DNA of 52,587 bases, taken from positions 1 through 52,587 of the forward strand of contig JAISYE010000187.1 in NCBI GenBank assembly GCA_031297485.1. The letters are read 5' to 3'. The notes under the pieces were generated by a model. That model was not told the DNA's origin and did no database searches. It worked only from the letters and a program-made list of their open reading frames with translations. The translations under genes were made by a program, and so were the position numbers. This DNA comes from Clostridiales bacterium. GTDB taxonomy: Bacteria; Bacillota; Clostridia; Lachnospirales; JAISYE01. This document shows, in pieces, positions 16,419-25,133 of this stretch. The first letter of the stretch is position 1, and each line of letters opens with the position of its first letter.

Positions 16419-17336
16419 CTAAAACAGAGCGTTTTCCTTGTTGATCTTGCTTACGATAAAATTCGCGGTCAGTACCAGAACAAATCCGCAGACTGATTGA
16501 TAGAACCCCGCTGCCGCCGACATACCAATATTACCTTGTTTCATCAGTCCACGGTACACATAGGTGTCAATGACATTTGTCGTAGAGTATAGAACACCGG
16601 AATCTCTAGGCACCTGGTAAAACAATCCGAAATCGGAATAGAAAACCTTGCCTATGGCAAGCAGTACAAGTGTGATGATTGTCGGCGTGACGGATGGAAG
16701 CGTAATGTGCCGGATTTGCCGCCACTTGCTGGCGCCATCCAAATCCGCCGCCTCGTAATGCTCCGGATCAATGCCATTTATGCTAGACACATAGATTAGG
16801 CAGCCATAGCCGATTCCTTTCCATGTGTTTACAAATACTATGATAACCCACCAATAGCCCGCTTCAAAATACCAATTTACCTCATTGAAACCCAGAGGCT
16901 TCAATATGCCGTTGTTTATCATTCCGGAACTGGGGCTGAGAAAAGCGAATACAATATAGCCCACAATCACCGTCGACATCAGATAAGGGAACAGAATTGC
17001 GCTCTGGTATACCTTTTTCAGCCTTTTATTCGCGAGGTCGCAGATAAAGATGGCAAAGATGATCCCGAGCAGATTGTTGACGACGATAAAGGCAAGATTA
17101 TACAAAATTGTATTCCTTGTAATAACCCAGGCATCCGGTGTGCGAAACAAAAACTCAAAGTTTTTCAGACCGTTCCATGGGCTGCCAAAGAGACCCTCCC
17201 GCACGGTGTAATCCTTGAAGGCAACGACCAACCCGCTCATCGGCAGATAATTGTTGATAACCAAGTAGAGCGCCCCAGGCAGGAACATCAGATACAGCGG
17301 CAAATACCGCCCCAATTTTTGCGTGTTGATTTTCAT
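16419..17336 (-). CDS. ABC sugar transporter permease (LplB-like)
   Basis: The ORF track gives 16419..17486. I trimmed it to the ATG at 17336 (MKINTQKLGRYLPLYLMFLPG...), which has a GGGGGAAGGGTGAG RBS. The long form would overlap the LacI gene by 100 nt. EAA loop: YEAADLDGASKWRQIRHITLP. Confidence 0.8.
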   Translation of the reverse strand: MKINTQKLGRYLPLYLMFLPGALYLVINNYLPMSGLVVAFKDYTVREGLFGSPWNGLKNFEFLFRTPDAWVITRNTILYNLAFIVVNNLLGIIFAIFICDLANKRLKKVYQSAILFPYLMSTVIVGYIVFAFLSPSSGMINNGILKPLGFNEVNWYFEAGYWWVIIVFVNTWKGIGYGCLIYVSSINGIDPEHYEAADLDGASKWRQIRHITLPSVTPTIITLVLLAIGKVFYSDFGLFYQVPRDSGVLYSTTNVIDTYVYRGLMKQGNIGMSAAAGFYQSVCGFVLVLTANFIVSKINKENALF

Positions 17337-17382
17337 TCTCACCCTTCCCCCTTTCAGGCTCCCGCATACAGAGTCCTTGCCG

Positions 17383-18420
17383 TTATCTTTGATAGTTGCT
17401 GCTTTCCCGTATGACCAGCTCAGGCTGGTAAATAATCTTTTTCGGTTTTTCATCATCTCCCTGCAAGCGTCTGAATAGAAATTCAATAGCGCATTTCCCG
17501 ATTTCGTCCTGGCGCATTTTCGCGGAGGACAGGGGAGGAGTCAGCGCGCTGTCAAAATCGATATTATCCAGGCCGATGACCGCAATATCCTCCGGCACCC
17601 TGACATTGCGCTCTCGGAGCGCCTTCATGGCACCTATGGCGATTACGTCACTGGCCGTGCAGATGGCGGTGGGCCGGCCATCCATAAGGGCGATCCGTGC
17701 CGCCGCCGTATACCCTGCGCGTTCGTCATAACCACCAATAAAGCAGTACCGTTCGTCCACATGCAATCCGCTTTGCAGCAAAGCGCTGCAATACCCCTCG
17801 TAGCGTTCGCGGAATACACAGATGTCTTTCGAGCCGCCGATGTAGGCGATGCATTTGTGCCCCATGTCAATCAGATGTCTGGTGGTCATATGCAGCGCGG
17901 TAAACACATCAATGCCGATATAATCGAAGTTATCGCTCTCGTTCCCTCCGTAGGGGGAAATACACAGGGAACTCAAGACCAACGGACAACCCACCTGCTT
18001 AAACGCCTCAAAGTGTTCTTCCGTATAATTGAAGTTAATCAGGAAGAGACCATCCATAAACCCCTCCTTTGTGAGCGCCAAAACCTTGAGCTCTTCAGAG
18101 GGGACGCCGTGGGTGTGGCTGATCATCATGCTGTACCCGGCTTTCTTTACTTCACCCTCGGCTTTACTAACAAGCTCGAAGAAGAATGGATTGTCGGATT
18201 CAGGATACGCCAAACAGATCAGATTCCGCTTCCCGCTTTTCAGCGCTCGGGCCGCGCGCTTGGGGACATAATTCAATTTTTTGATTGCCTCTTCAATCCT
18301 CAAATTAGTGTCGCCGCGGCTGTTCCCAACCCCGTTGATGTATCTGGATACCGTTCCGGGGGAGACATTGGCTCCTTTCGCGATGTCATATATCGTCACT
18401 TTTTTGTCCGTATTACTCAT
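17383..18420 (-). CDS. LacI family transcriptional regulator
   Basis: ORF track, 345 aa. The N-terminal HTH is VTIYDIAKGANVSPGTVSRYING, followed by a periplasmic-binding-fold sugar sensor domain. Confidence 0.85.
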   Translation of the reverse strand: MSNTDKKVTIYDIAKGANVSPGTVSRYINGVGNSRGDTNLRIEEAIKKLNYVPKRAARALKSGKRNLICLAYPESDNPFFFELVSKAEGEVKKAGYSMMISHTHGVPSEELKVLALTKEGFMDGLFLINFNYTEEHFEAFKQVGCPLVLSSLCISPYGGNESDNFDYIGIDVFTALHMTTRHLIDMGHKCIAYIGGSKDICVFRERYEGYCSALLQSGLHVDERYCFIGGYDERAGYTAAARIALMDGRPTAICTASDVIAIGAMKALRERNVRVPEDIAVIGLDNIDFDSALTPPLSSAKMRQDEIGKCAIEFLFRRLQGDDEKPKKIIYQPELVIRESSNYQR

Positions 18421-18454
18421 CTGGATTTATCCCTCCCTCGGCTGCATATGCGCG

Positions 18455-18750
18455 GACTTAAGAAAAAACAACCAATCCCTTTAACGAAAAGACTGTACCT
18501 GCGCATCAAAAACGCTGCACTTCACGCACTTAAGAAGGGGTCTGCGCCGGGCAAGTTCGACCGGGGCCGGGCGCCGGCTGCGGGGCCGGAACATCCGATA
18601 TCGGGGGGCGAAATCCCCGATAGCCGAGCTTGCTCGACTCAGTGGGGTTTGGGGCCTAACGATGGTTTGTTCGTTGGCCCCTAACGGTGAAGTGTCCGTT
18701 GGTCTTAATATTTTGACCTTTCCCATTCCCTTAAGTTTGAACTTATGTCC
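18455..18750. repeat. Composite mosaic repeat (copy B3) between the GH42 gene and the LacI gene
   Basis: Modules shared with other copies include CTGTACCTGCGCATCAAAAACGCTGCAC, GCACTTAAGAAGGGGTCTG, GCCGAGCTTGCTCGAC and GGGGCCTAACGATGGTTTGTTCGTTGGCCCCTAACGGTGAAGTGTCCGTTGGTCTTAATATTTTGACC. Confidence 0.85.
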
Positions 18751-18777
18751 CTCGGCTGACGCGCAACCCAGCCCGAC

Positions 18778-20979
18778 TTACATTGCCGCTTTTTGAATAT
18801 GGAATATTTTGACCTCACACGGAAGCAGTTCTTCGCGTATCACCATCTCGTGATTGCTTATATCCGCACACGGCCTTTGGCTCATAAGCTCGATTACCGC
18901 TCCGTCTGTTGATGTCTTCGTTTTAATGAGGGGACTGCAGGATTCCTCGGAATGGTTAAACACGAAAACGAATTCATCCTCTTCGCCAATCAAACGCCTG
19001 ACCTCAATCATTGCCTTTTCCGGGGCGTATAAAATTTCTTTGTCTTTTTCATACCCCACCATTGTCAGCAGCGCATTGAAAAGACCGTTTGTTTGATTCA
19101 GCCCACCTGCTTCCGCGTTGGCAAACAGCATTGTTCCCAGATAAAGCGCGCAGCCCTTTCCATAACGGTTCCGGACTATTGCCGGCATACCTCCGGCAAA
19201 CTCACCCAGCACTTCGGCCGCTTCAAATACCTGGATGCGTTCACTTACATGGCGGCCTGCCTCTGGATACCGCCGGTCTCCGACTGCGACATCGCAACGC
19301 TTCACCAGCCCGTAATCCGCACTGACACTAACGCCGAAAACAGCGTCCAACCCGGCCGCGGGGCAAACCTCCGAACCCCAGCCCTCATCTGTGAAAAAGC
19401 CCAGCATAGCATCGCTGATCACCGTTCCCCCATTTCTTACATAGGATTCAATAGCGGCCGCGGTCTCTGTACAAATGCTGATGCTGTAAGGCAGCAGCAG
19501 CACCTTGTATCCCGCCAACCCGCCTTGCTCCAGCAGTTCCTTGCTTATAAAATCAGGCTGTATGCCATTTTTCATGCATAAGCGGTAGCAGCCGGTAAAG
19601 GAGGCGAAGTCCTTGTAAAGCTGCCCGTCTGCGGCGGAACCGTTGTTCCTGGTGATAGATGCCAGCTCCTCAATGATCATGGAGTCCATGTTGCACAAAA
19701 TGCATAGGTCACTTTTCGGCGCATAGGCACTGGCTAGCCGATCCCGATATTTTCGGAACAGACCGGTGAAGCGTTTTAACCCCTCTGTTCTGTCTGTCAG
19801 CGCGCCATTGCGCTCCGTAAATCCAAGAGACAGCGTCTCAATCGTGCTGATATCCGGCCGCCATGCCCAAAAAAATATCCCCTTCGCGCCCCGCGCAATA
19901 TTCGACCACTGCAGCTTGAAAATTTGCGCTGACGTCAGGGGCCTTGCGAAACAGTGGTAGGCTTCGGGATCAGAGCCGAAGAATGAAAAAATCGGACCGG
20001 AGCCTGTTCCCGTCTCGCCGACCCAATACGCCCCATTGTGACAGGCGGAGCGCATTAAATCGCTTGTAAGCCCGGACAGGGCTTCGTTGAGGGCGTCGTA
20101 GAGAGAGCACCCAAACATATCGGTAGTGCCGGCAAGCCGAAAATGGTCGTCCGCGTGGGTGATCGGCAGGCCCATCTCAAGAATTCCGGTATGCACGCTG
20201 GTGGACCGTTCGGGGTCGTATTTCTTCACCACGGAATTGAGCCAGCCAACCGAGTCCGCCACAGAATCCAGCCGGTATGTCTTCCAATCCAGCCAATCCG
20301 TGTATGTCCCCACATTCCGGGGCGGCCCGACTTCGCCCCATGTATTAAAATGCCGCGTCCATACCTCGTTGAGCTTCTCCAAACCGCCGTACTTTTGGTT
20401 AAGCCACTCCTTGAAGCCCGCGGCGGAATGGCCGCAATAGCAAAACATGGAATCCTTGAAGGTGGCCCTAGGCCCTGTTTGCACAGCCTCGTCCGTAGGT
20501 TCGTGCCAGATATCAATGGCGAGCACATCGGGGTTCCCCATGTAATGTTTCACAAATACCTTGACAAAATTCTCCGCGGTCTGACGGAAGGGCAGGCTGT
20601 CAAAGCACAGTCCCGGCCATCCGCCGTGGGCATTGTCCCCTGTTTGGTTGGAATTCCACACGATACCGCTGGCTGAAACAAAGCGGCTGTCAGCGTGCTT
20701 ATGGAATACCCATTCAGGCGCCGCCATCAGATACATGGTAAACATGACCTTGAGGCCGTATTCCCCTGCCATCCGCGTGATCCTGTCGTATTGGGCAAAG
20801 TCAAACTCCCCCTCCCTGGCCTCTATAGGCGCCCAGAAAGCATGTACACGTATCGCGTCAATTCCGCACTCCCTCATGTTGGCGAAATCCTGCGGCCAGT
20901 ATTTTTCCTGCATATCCCGATGCTGGCCATATTTTACACCTATGGGAAACGCTCCGGCCAAACGAGCCTTGTGATCCAT
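18778..20979 (-). CDS. Glycoside hydrolase family 42-like beta-galactosidase
   Basis: ORF track, 733 aa. The N-terminal TIM-barrel region (YWPQDFANMRECGIDAIRVHAFWAPIEAREGEFDF, IDIWHEP) resembles GH42. GGGAGG RBS. Confidence 0.7.
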   Translation of the reverse strand: MDHKARLAGAFPIGVKYGQHRDMQEKYWPQDFANMRECGIDAIRVHAFWAPIEAREGEFDFAQYDRITRMAGEYGLKVMFTMYLMAAPEWVFHKHADSRFVSASGIVWNSNQTGDNAHGGWPGLCFDSLPFRQTAENFVKVFVKHYMGNPDVLAIDIWHEPTDEAVQTGPRATFKDSMFCYCGHSAAGFKEWLNQKYGGLEKLNEVWTRHFNTWGEVGPPRNVGTYTDWLDWKTYRLDSVADSVGWLNSVVKKYDPERSTSVHTGILEMGLPITHADDHFRLAGTTDMFGCSLYDALNEALSGLTSDLMRSACHNGAYWVGETGTGSGPIFSFFGSDPEAYHCFARPLTSAQIFKLQWSNIARGAKGIFFWAWRPDISTIETLSLGFTERNGALTDRTEGLKRFTGLFRKYRDRLASAYAPKSDLCILCNMDSMIIEELASITRNNGSAADGQLYKDFASFTGCYRLCMKNGIQPDFISKELLEQGGLAGYKVLLLPYSISICTETAAAIESYVRNGGTVISDAMLGFFTDEGWGSEVCPAAGLDAVFGVSVSADYGLVKRCDVAVGDRRYPEAGRHVSERIQVFEAAEVLGEFAGGMPAIVRNRYGKGCALYLGTMLFANAEAGGLNQTNGLFNALLTMVGYEKDKEILYAPEKAMIEVRRLIGEEDEFVFVFNHSEESCSPLIKTKTSTDGAVIELMSQRPCADISNHEMVIREELLPCEVKIFHIQKAAM

Positions 20980-21013
20980 TCCGCTTACCTCCCTTAGTTT
21001 TTAACGCGGGAAC

Positions 21014-22228
21014 CTACACATATACCGCATTATCCGGCCCGAAATGCTGTAAAATAACCATCGGCTCCGTCAAGCTGTGATTCGCGGCCCTGACCCCGCG
21101 CCGCGCGGCGTCTTTGCTGACAAAATATTCATCCTTTGTCAAGTCTCCAAAGCGCATCATGGCGACAGCTTCCGCGCGGTAAACGCCAAACTCCCCAAAC
21201 CCCTGGATTATCACGCAGCCATAAGCTCCCTTGTCGGTCAATACCGCCTCGCTGTTTGGGGAAATAGTGACCTCCTTAGCCGTAATGTAGTCATTTCCAT
21301 AGCAAATCCATCTCTCGCACACGGCGCTGTCTTTTCCGGGCAGTTCCACCGGGGGTCTAAAATAGTGCTCTTTGAAATCGGGATCATAGTTCTTCTCCCA
21401 GTCCACCGCTTCCATGATATAATCCAGCTTGTTTTCCGCATATTCGGGGCAGATGTCGTATAGAAACTGCTCATCATACACCTCGCCGCACACGACGTTT
21501 TCAAAAACACAATTCAAGTCCGTACCCCATTGCGGTTCATAGGTCAAGAGGGAACCGGGCGCGTGGAGGACTCCCGGCGGAACGTACCATCCCGTACCAA
21601 GCTCCAGGCCGAAAGCGCGGGACATCGCTGTTATCTTTGTGTCGTGGGTGCGGAACCGCGCCAGCTTTTCGCGGACATCTTCCTTTGTCACCTTGGGATT
21701 AAAGCCGAAATACGTAGAGGGCCTTGTTCCAAGATAGTTGTTTAACTGAGGCGGAAAGTAATAGCACTCTGGCTTTGCGGCACATCCCACCCTTTTTGCC
21801 GCCGCGTCGCCGGGATGAAAATGAAAATACAGGGGATTCTGATAATCGAAAAATTTCGCGAATATGGGCCATGTCCCATACTTATCTTGCAGTTTTTCTC
21901 CAATAAGCTCCCCCTTTAGCAGAGCCACGGCGTCCTTTAACAGGAAGAGTTCGCCGTCCCCGTTGTAAAGATAGCTGAGTCCCTCGTCAGTCCGCAGACA
22001 GCGTTCCGTACTGCCGGGATTATTGTTTCTTGTCCGGTTCACCGAGCTGAACCAGCGTTCCATGATGGCGCCGGCTTCCGTTCCGTAGGCGTAATAATCA
22101 TCCGGGTGTATCCTGAGCCGGCAGCCCGGCAGATTAAACCTTCTTGTCACAAACGCGGGCGCCAATTGGAAAACTCCTTCACCATACTCAAAGGTCCTGC
22201 GGATTTTTCCAATATACTGGTCATTCAT
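21014..22228 (-). CDS. Cupin-fold protein, type I phosphomannose-isomerase-like (function unknown)
   Basis: ORF track, 404 aa. FHFHPGD and VPPGVLHAPGSLLTYEPQ resemble the metal-binding and active-site segments of PMI-type cupins. The assignment is weak. Confidence 0.45.
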   Translation of the reverse strand: MNDQYIGKIRRTFEYGEGVFQLAPAFVTRRFNLPGCRLRIHPDDYYAYGTEAGAIMERWFSSVNRTRNNNPGSTERCLRTDEGLSYLYNGDGELFLLKDAVALLKGELIGEKLQDKYGTWPIFAKFFDYQNPLYFHFHPGDAAAKRVGCAAKPECYYFPPQLNNYLGTRPSTYFGFNPKVTKEDVREKLARFRTHDTKITAMSRAFGLELGTGWYVPPGVLHAPGSLLTYEPQWGTDLNCVFENVVCGEVYDEQFLYDICPEYAENKLDYIMEAVDWEKNYDPDFKEHYFRPPVELPGKDSAVCERWICYGNDYITAKEVTISPNSEAVLTDKGAYGCVIIQGFGEFGVYRAEAVAMMRFGDLTKDEYFVSKDAARRGVRAANHSLTEPMVILQHFGPDNAVYV

Positions 22229-22257
22229 AGTTCTTGACTCACTTTCTATCTTTTTTT

Positions 22258-24384
22258 CTATTCGTATTGGATTTGCACCAATTCATAATCCTTTAGTTCC
22301 GGCAGCGTGATGGCGGCGGCATTCCCGTCAATAAAATAATTGAGCTTAGTGCGCTCGGGGAGCGCAACAACATTCTTTACCTTTTTGCCATAAAACTTTA
22401 CCCGAAATTCCATATTGTAGATCGGAACATTGGGCAATTCAGCCTGATAGTTCAGGATATGGACCATAGAACTATCTTCTTTGTCGAATCTGGTGAGTTC
22501 AACGGATGGATAGCCAGACAACTGAGTGCAGTATTCGGGGGAGATTCTGCGAATCATGTTATAAAAAACCTCCCTCTGTGTAATATGCCGTCCAATCTCA
22601 AGCATGGCGGCGGAGTAAATAACCCTCCCCTTGCCGTAGGCATGTTCAATCACAGCGGGGCGTTGTGTAAAACTGCCCGGCGGTGTTGTCAGAAGGCTGG
22701 CATACCTGTCCTCCGAAGGGGAATCATATGGCAGAGTCAATGTGCCCAATACGATTGCGTCCTTTTCCGCCTCAATCTCCATCTGGCTATCCGCCACCGT
22801 AACCGGATACCGCCGGGAAAACACCGCCGGGAACTCACCTCTGCTCTGTTGTGTGGGCGACACATAGGTAAAATTCCAATCCGTTTCCCCTTTTAGCCGG
22901 ATACCGAGCACATCCGCGAGCATGCACTTGCCAGTATAGGCACCATCCTCCAAAATAGTGGCCGTCTCCTTGCTGGCATAGAGATTGCCGCCGTCCGCGA
23001 CAAATTCACGGACGGCCCGCATTTCCTCCTCATCCATCATGACGACGTTGGAGAGAATCAGAACCTTGTATCTGTTCAAATCCCCCAGGTTCTTTTTTGT
23101 GACAATACCATAGGGAATATGGAACATGGTAAGGCTCTTCGCCGCTTCCGCAACGCTCCTCATGTGGGCGTCCCCGCGTTGGTCCATGATGCTGGAATGG
23201 TTCCATTCAAACACGCAGCCAACATCCTTCGTTTCCCTGCCATTCCACGATTTATCGAATTTGGAATGGAAGCTGTAATATATACCCACATCCTGCCGAA
23301 AATCCCCGCCAAGGTAAGGCTCGTAACGCTCGATTTTATCAAAAACCTTCCGCATCGTTCCGTAATTGTACTCATGAACAGTCCCGACAGGGTCCACTTG
23401 GTCGATGATAGTAAACGCGCCGTCATGCATTATGGTATTGTACGCGATTTGGAACAATTCCCCTTCAGTCCTGGTTATGACATGCTCGTGGATATTGGGG
23501 TAATTCCAGCAATTGATCCTCTCATAGGGCTTTATATTGCTTAAGGCATAAAACAGCTTGCTTGAGAAGGATAAGCCGTAGCGATCGCTGTAGAGGTCCT
23601 GGGACATAAAGTCCCAACAATCCGCCAGTTCTACGGAGGAGCCGGAGACCCAATCTGAGGAAATTGGCAGGGATTGCTGCGCGAATTTCATCCCCGGCTT
23701 TCTGGAGCGAATCGTGTCTGTGATCTCCTGGCAGAATTCTTTCAGCCACCTTTGCCTGATGCGGATGAACTCCACGAATTCGGGGTCAGTCCAGTTGATG
23801 ATTCGCGGTATTTCCCTTCCGGCTTCCGCCCGAAATCGCTTTTGACAGTTTCCGCAGTAACAGATTGCGGGCCAAAATACCATGTCCGGCCAAACGCCCT
23901 CAAAATCGTAGTTTTCACAGATTTCCGCCAATTCGGCAAGCGAATGTTTACGATAACCAGGGTCGTTTAAGCAGCAAGTAGCAAAGCGCGCTTCTCCGTT
24001 TTTTGTTCCCACCCTTTGCTTTACCGCCCTGCCATCCGCCCTGACAATCCTAGACTCCGGATGCTTTTCCCAGTAATCCGCCACAAAAATGAAAACGTAA
24101 TAGATTACCGCATCCAGGCCGCGTTTATGCAACGCGTCGATAGTTTCCTTAAGCATATCACACCCCGCAAAAGCGCGGTGCATGACACCCCCAGCCTTGG
24201 AAGGCCAGTTAGTCAGTCCGGAATGCGTATTCGCCATGAATGTGGCCGCCGTGGCGTTACTTTGAAAACAACACTCGGCGAATTGCTCCGGATCGAACTT
24301 TGACAAAAACTCATCATTCCAGTCGTCAACGTGGAAATCCAGAAAATATCTTCTGCGTGATCTCAAATGCCATTCATTGTTCAT
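22258..24384 (-). CDS. Putative glycoside hydrolase (GHL6-like N-terminal barrel plus GH42M-like middle domain)
   Basis: ORF track, 708 aa. The N-terminus (YFLDFHVDDWNDEFLSKFDPEQFAECCFQSNATAATFMANTHSGLTNWPSK) resembles, from memory, the hypothetical glycosyl hydrolase 6 family. It is the first gene downstream of the operators. Confidence 0.5.
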   Translation of the reverse strand: MNNEWHLRSRRRYFLDFHVDDWNDEFLSKFDPEQFAECCFQSNATAATFMANTHSGLTNWPSKAGGVMHRAFAGCDMLKETIDALHKRGLDAVIYYVFIFVADYWEKHPESRIVRADGRAVKQRVGTKNGEARFATCCLNDPGYRKHSLAELAEICENYDFEGVWPDMVFWPAICYCGNCQKRFRAEAGREIPRIINWTDPEFVEFIRIRQRWLKEFCQEITDTIRSRKPGMKFAQQSLPISSDWVSGSSVELADCWDFMSQDLYSDRYGLSFSSKLFYALSNIKPYERINCWNYPNIHEHVITRTEGELFQIAYNTIMHDGAFTIIDQVDPVGTVHEYNYGTMRKVFDKIERYEPYLGGDFRQDVGIYYSFHSKFDKSWNGRETKDVGCVFEWNHSSIMDQRGDAHMRSVAEAAKSLTMFHIPYGIVTKKNLGDLNRYKVLILSNVVMMDEEEMRAVREFVADGGNLYASKETATILEDGAYTGKCMLADVLGIRLKGETDWNFTYVSPTQQSRGEFPAVFSRRYPVTVADSQMEIEAEKDAIVLGTLTLPYDSPSEDRYASLLTTPPGSFTQRPAVIEHAYGKGRVIYSAAMLEIGRHITQREVFYNMIRRISPEYCTQLSGYPSVELTRFDKEDSSMVHILNYQAELPNVPIYNMEFRVKFYGKKVKNVVALPERTKLNYFIDGNAAAITLPELKDYELVQIQYE

Positions 24385-24407
24385 GGCCGTAACCTCATTT
24401 CATGATA

Positions 24408-24421
24408 TTAAACCGGTTTAA
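24408..24421. promoter_or_regulatory. LacI-type operator candidate O1
   Basis: Perfect 14-bp palindrome TTAAACCGGTTTAA, 24 nt upstream of the ATG at 24384. Confidence 0.6.
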
Positions 24422-24460
24422 TTTATTGGCTTGTTCATGCTCTCGCCTCGCCTCATAATG

Positions 24461-24474
24461 TTAAACCGGTTTAA
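24461..24474. promoter_or_regulatory. LacI-type operator candidate O2
   Basis: The same perfect palindrome TTAAACCGGTTTAA, 12 nt downstream of the P1 -10 box. Confidence 0.6.
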
Positions 24475-24486
24475 TTTGTTGACTCT

Positions 24487-24516
24487 ATTATATCTCTTAT
24501 GATTTACGAATGTCAA
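24487..24516 (-). promoter_or_regulatory. Promoter P1 (proximal) of the glycan locus
   Basis: Minus strand: consensus TTGACA (24516..24511), 18 nt spacer, consensus TATAAT (24492..24487). Confidence 0.65.
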
Positions 24517-24630
24517 TAGCTATTTTTGTGCTTTTATTATTTTATGCTTTTTCAGTCTCAAGGTCTATAAGTATTCTGCGTGATTTCAAATGTCATTTAT
24601 TGTTTGTAATCGCAATTTCATTTTGCAAAA

Positions 24631-24644
24631 TTAAACCGGTTTAA
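24631..24644. promoter_or_regulatory. LacI-type operator candidate O3
   Basis: Third perfect TTAAACCGGTTTAA, 13 nt downstream of the P2 -10 box. Confidence 0.6.
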
Positions 24645-24657
24645 TTTTGTTAGCTTT

Positions 24658-24687
24658 ATTATATCTCTTGTAATTCGCAAATGTCAA
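24658..24687 (-). promoter_or_regulatory. Promoter P2 (distal duplicate) of the glycan locus
   Basis: Minus strand: TTGACA (24687..24682), 18 nt spacer, TATAAT (24663..24658). The flanking sequence is a near copy of P1. Confidence 0.6.
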
Positions 24688-24764
24688 TAGTTTTTTTGCA
24701 AAATCATAACAACTTTTTGTGGTCCGATTAAAAATCCAAATACAACAGGAAATGAGTAAACCAT

Positions 24765-24994
24765 TGAAAACCTTGGGGGTTATGCCCCATAGGCGCGAAT
24801 TTAAAAAAAACAAACAATCCCTTTTATTGAAAAGGCTGTACCTGCATCAAAAGCGCTACACTCGCCGCCCTTAAAAAGGGGTCTGCGTCGAGCAAGCTCG
24901 ACGCAGCGGGGTCTGGGGCCTAACGATGGTTTGTTCGTTGGCGCCTAACGGTGAAGCGTCCGTTGATTTTAATGTTTTGACCTCTGAATAGACA
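24765..24994. repeat. Composite mosaic repeat (copy B4), ending in a MITE-type terminus
   Basis: It shares modules with B3 and B6 (AAAAGGCTGTACCTGCATCAAAAGCGCT, GTCGAGCAAGCTCGAC, GGGGCCTAACGATGGTTTGTTCGTTGGCGCCTAACGGTGAAGCGTCCGTTG). The right end is ACCTCTGAATAGACAC (24979-24994). No matching left TIR is present. Confidence 0.8.
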
Positions 24995-25002
24995 CGACTT
25001 CT

Positions 25003-25095
25003 TTAGGACGTGTTTGAAAACTGGATTCCAGCGCGAAATTTACGCGGTTTCATTCAAAATTTCGCGCTTTTAGGAATTTTCAAACACGCCTTAAC
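25003..25095. repeat. Palindromic hairpin element, family A (copy A3, short form)
   Basis: TTAGGACGTGTTTGAAAACTGGATTCCAGCGCGAAATT...AAATTTCGCGCTTTTAGGAATTTTCAAACACGCCTTAA. It lacks the GTCGAGC core and is nearly identical to the copy at 44453. Confidence 0.9.
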
Positions 25096-25133
25096 ATAAT
25101 CAGCGCTTACGTTTAACTCGCAACAGGCACATC

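Noticed and set aside
18481-18726. Track ORFs lying inside repeats (18481..18726, 34259..34513, 34302..34490, 43523..43714, 1197..1409, 40614..40817, 6010..6396, 8715..8909)
   Set aside because: Their similar peptides (for example ..ALHALKKG.., ..SPQRGLGQSPKVL.., ..LISRHIYFQVH..) simply reflect translation of the same DNA repeat modules in different loci and orientations. None has an RBS or coherent domains.
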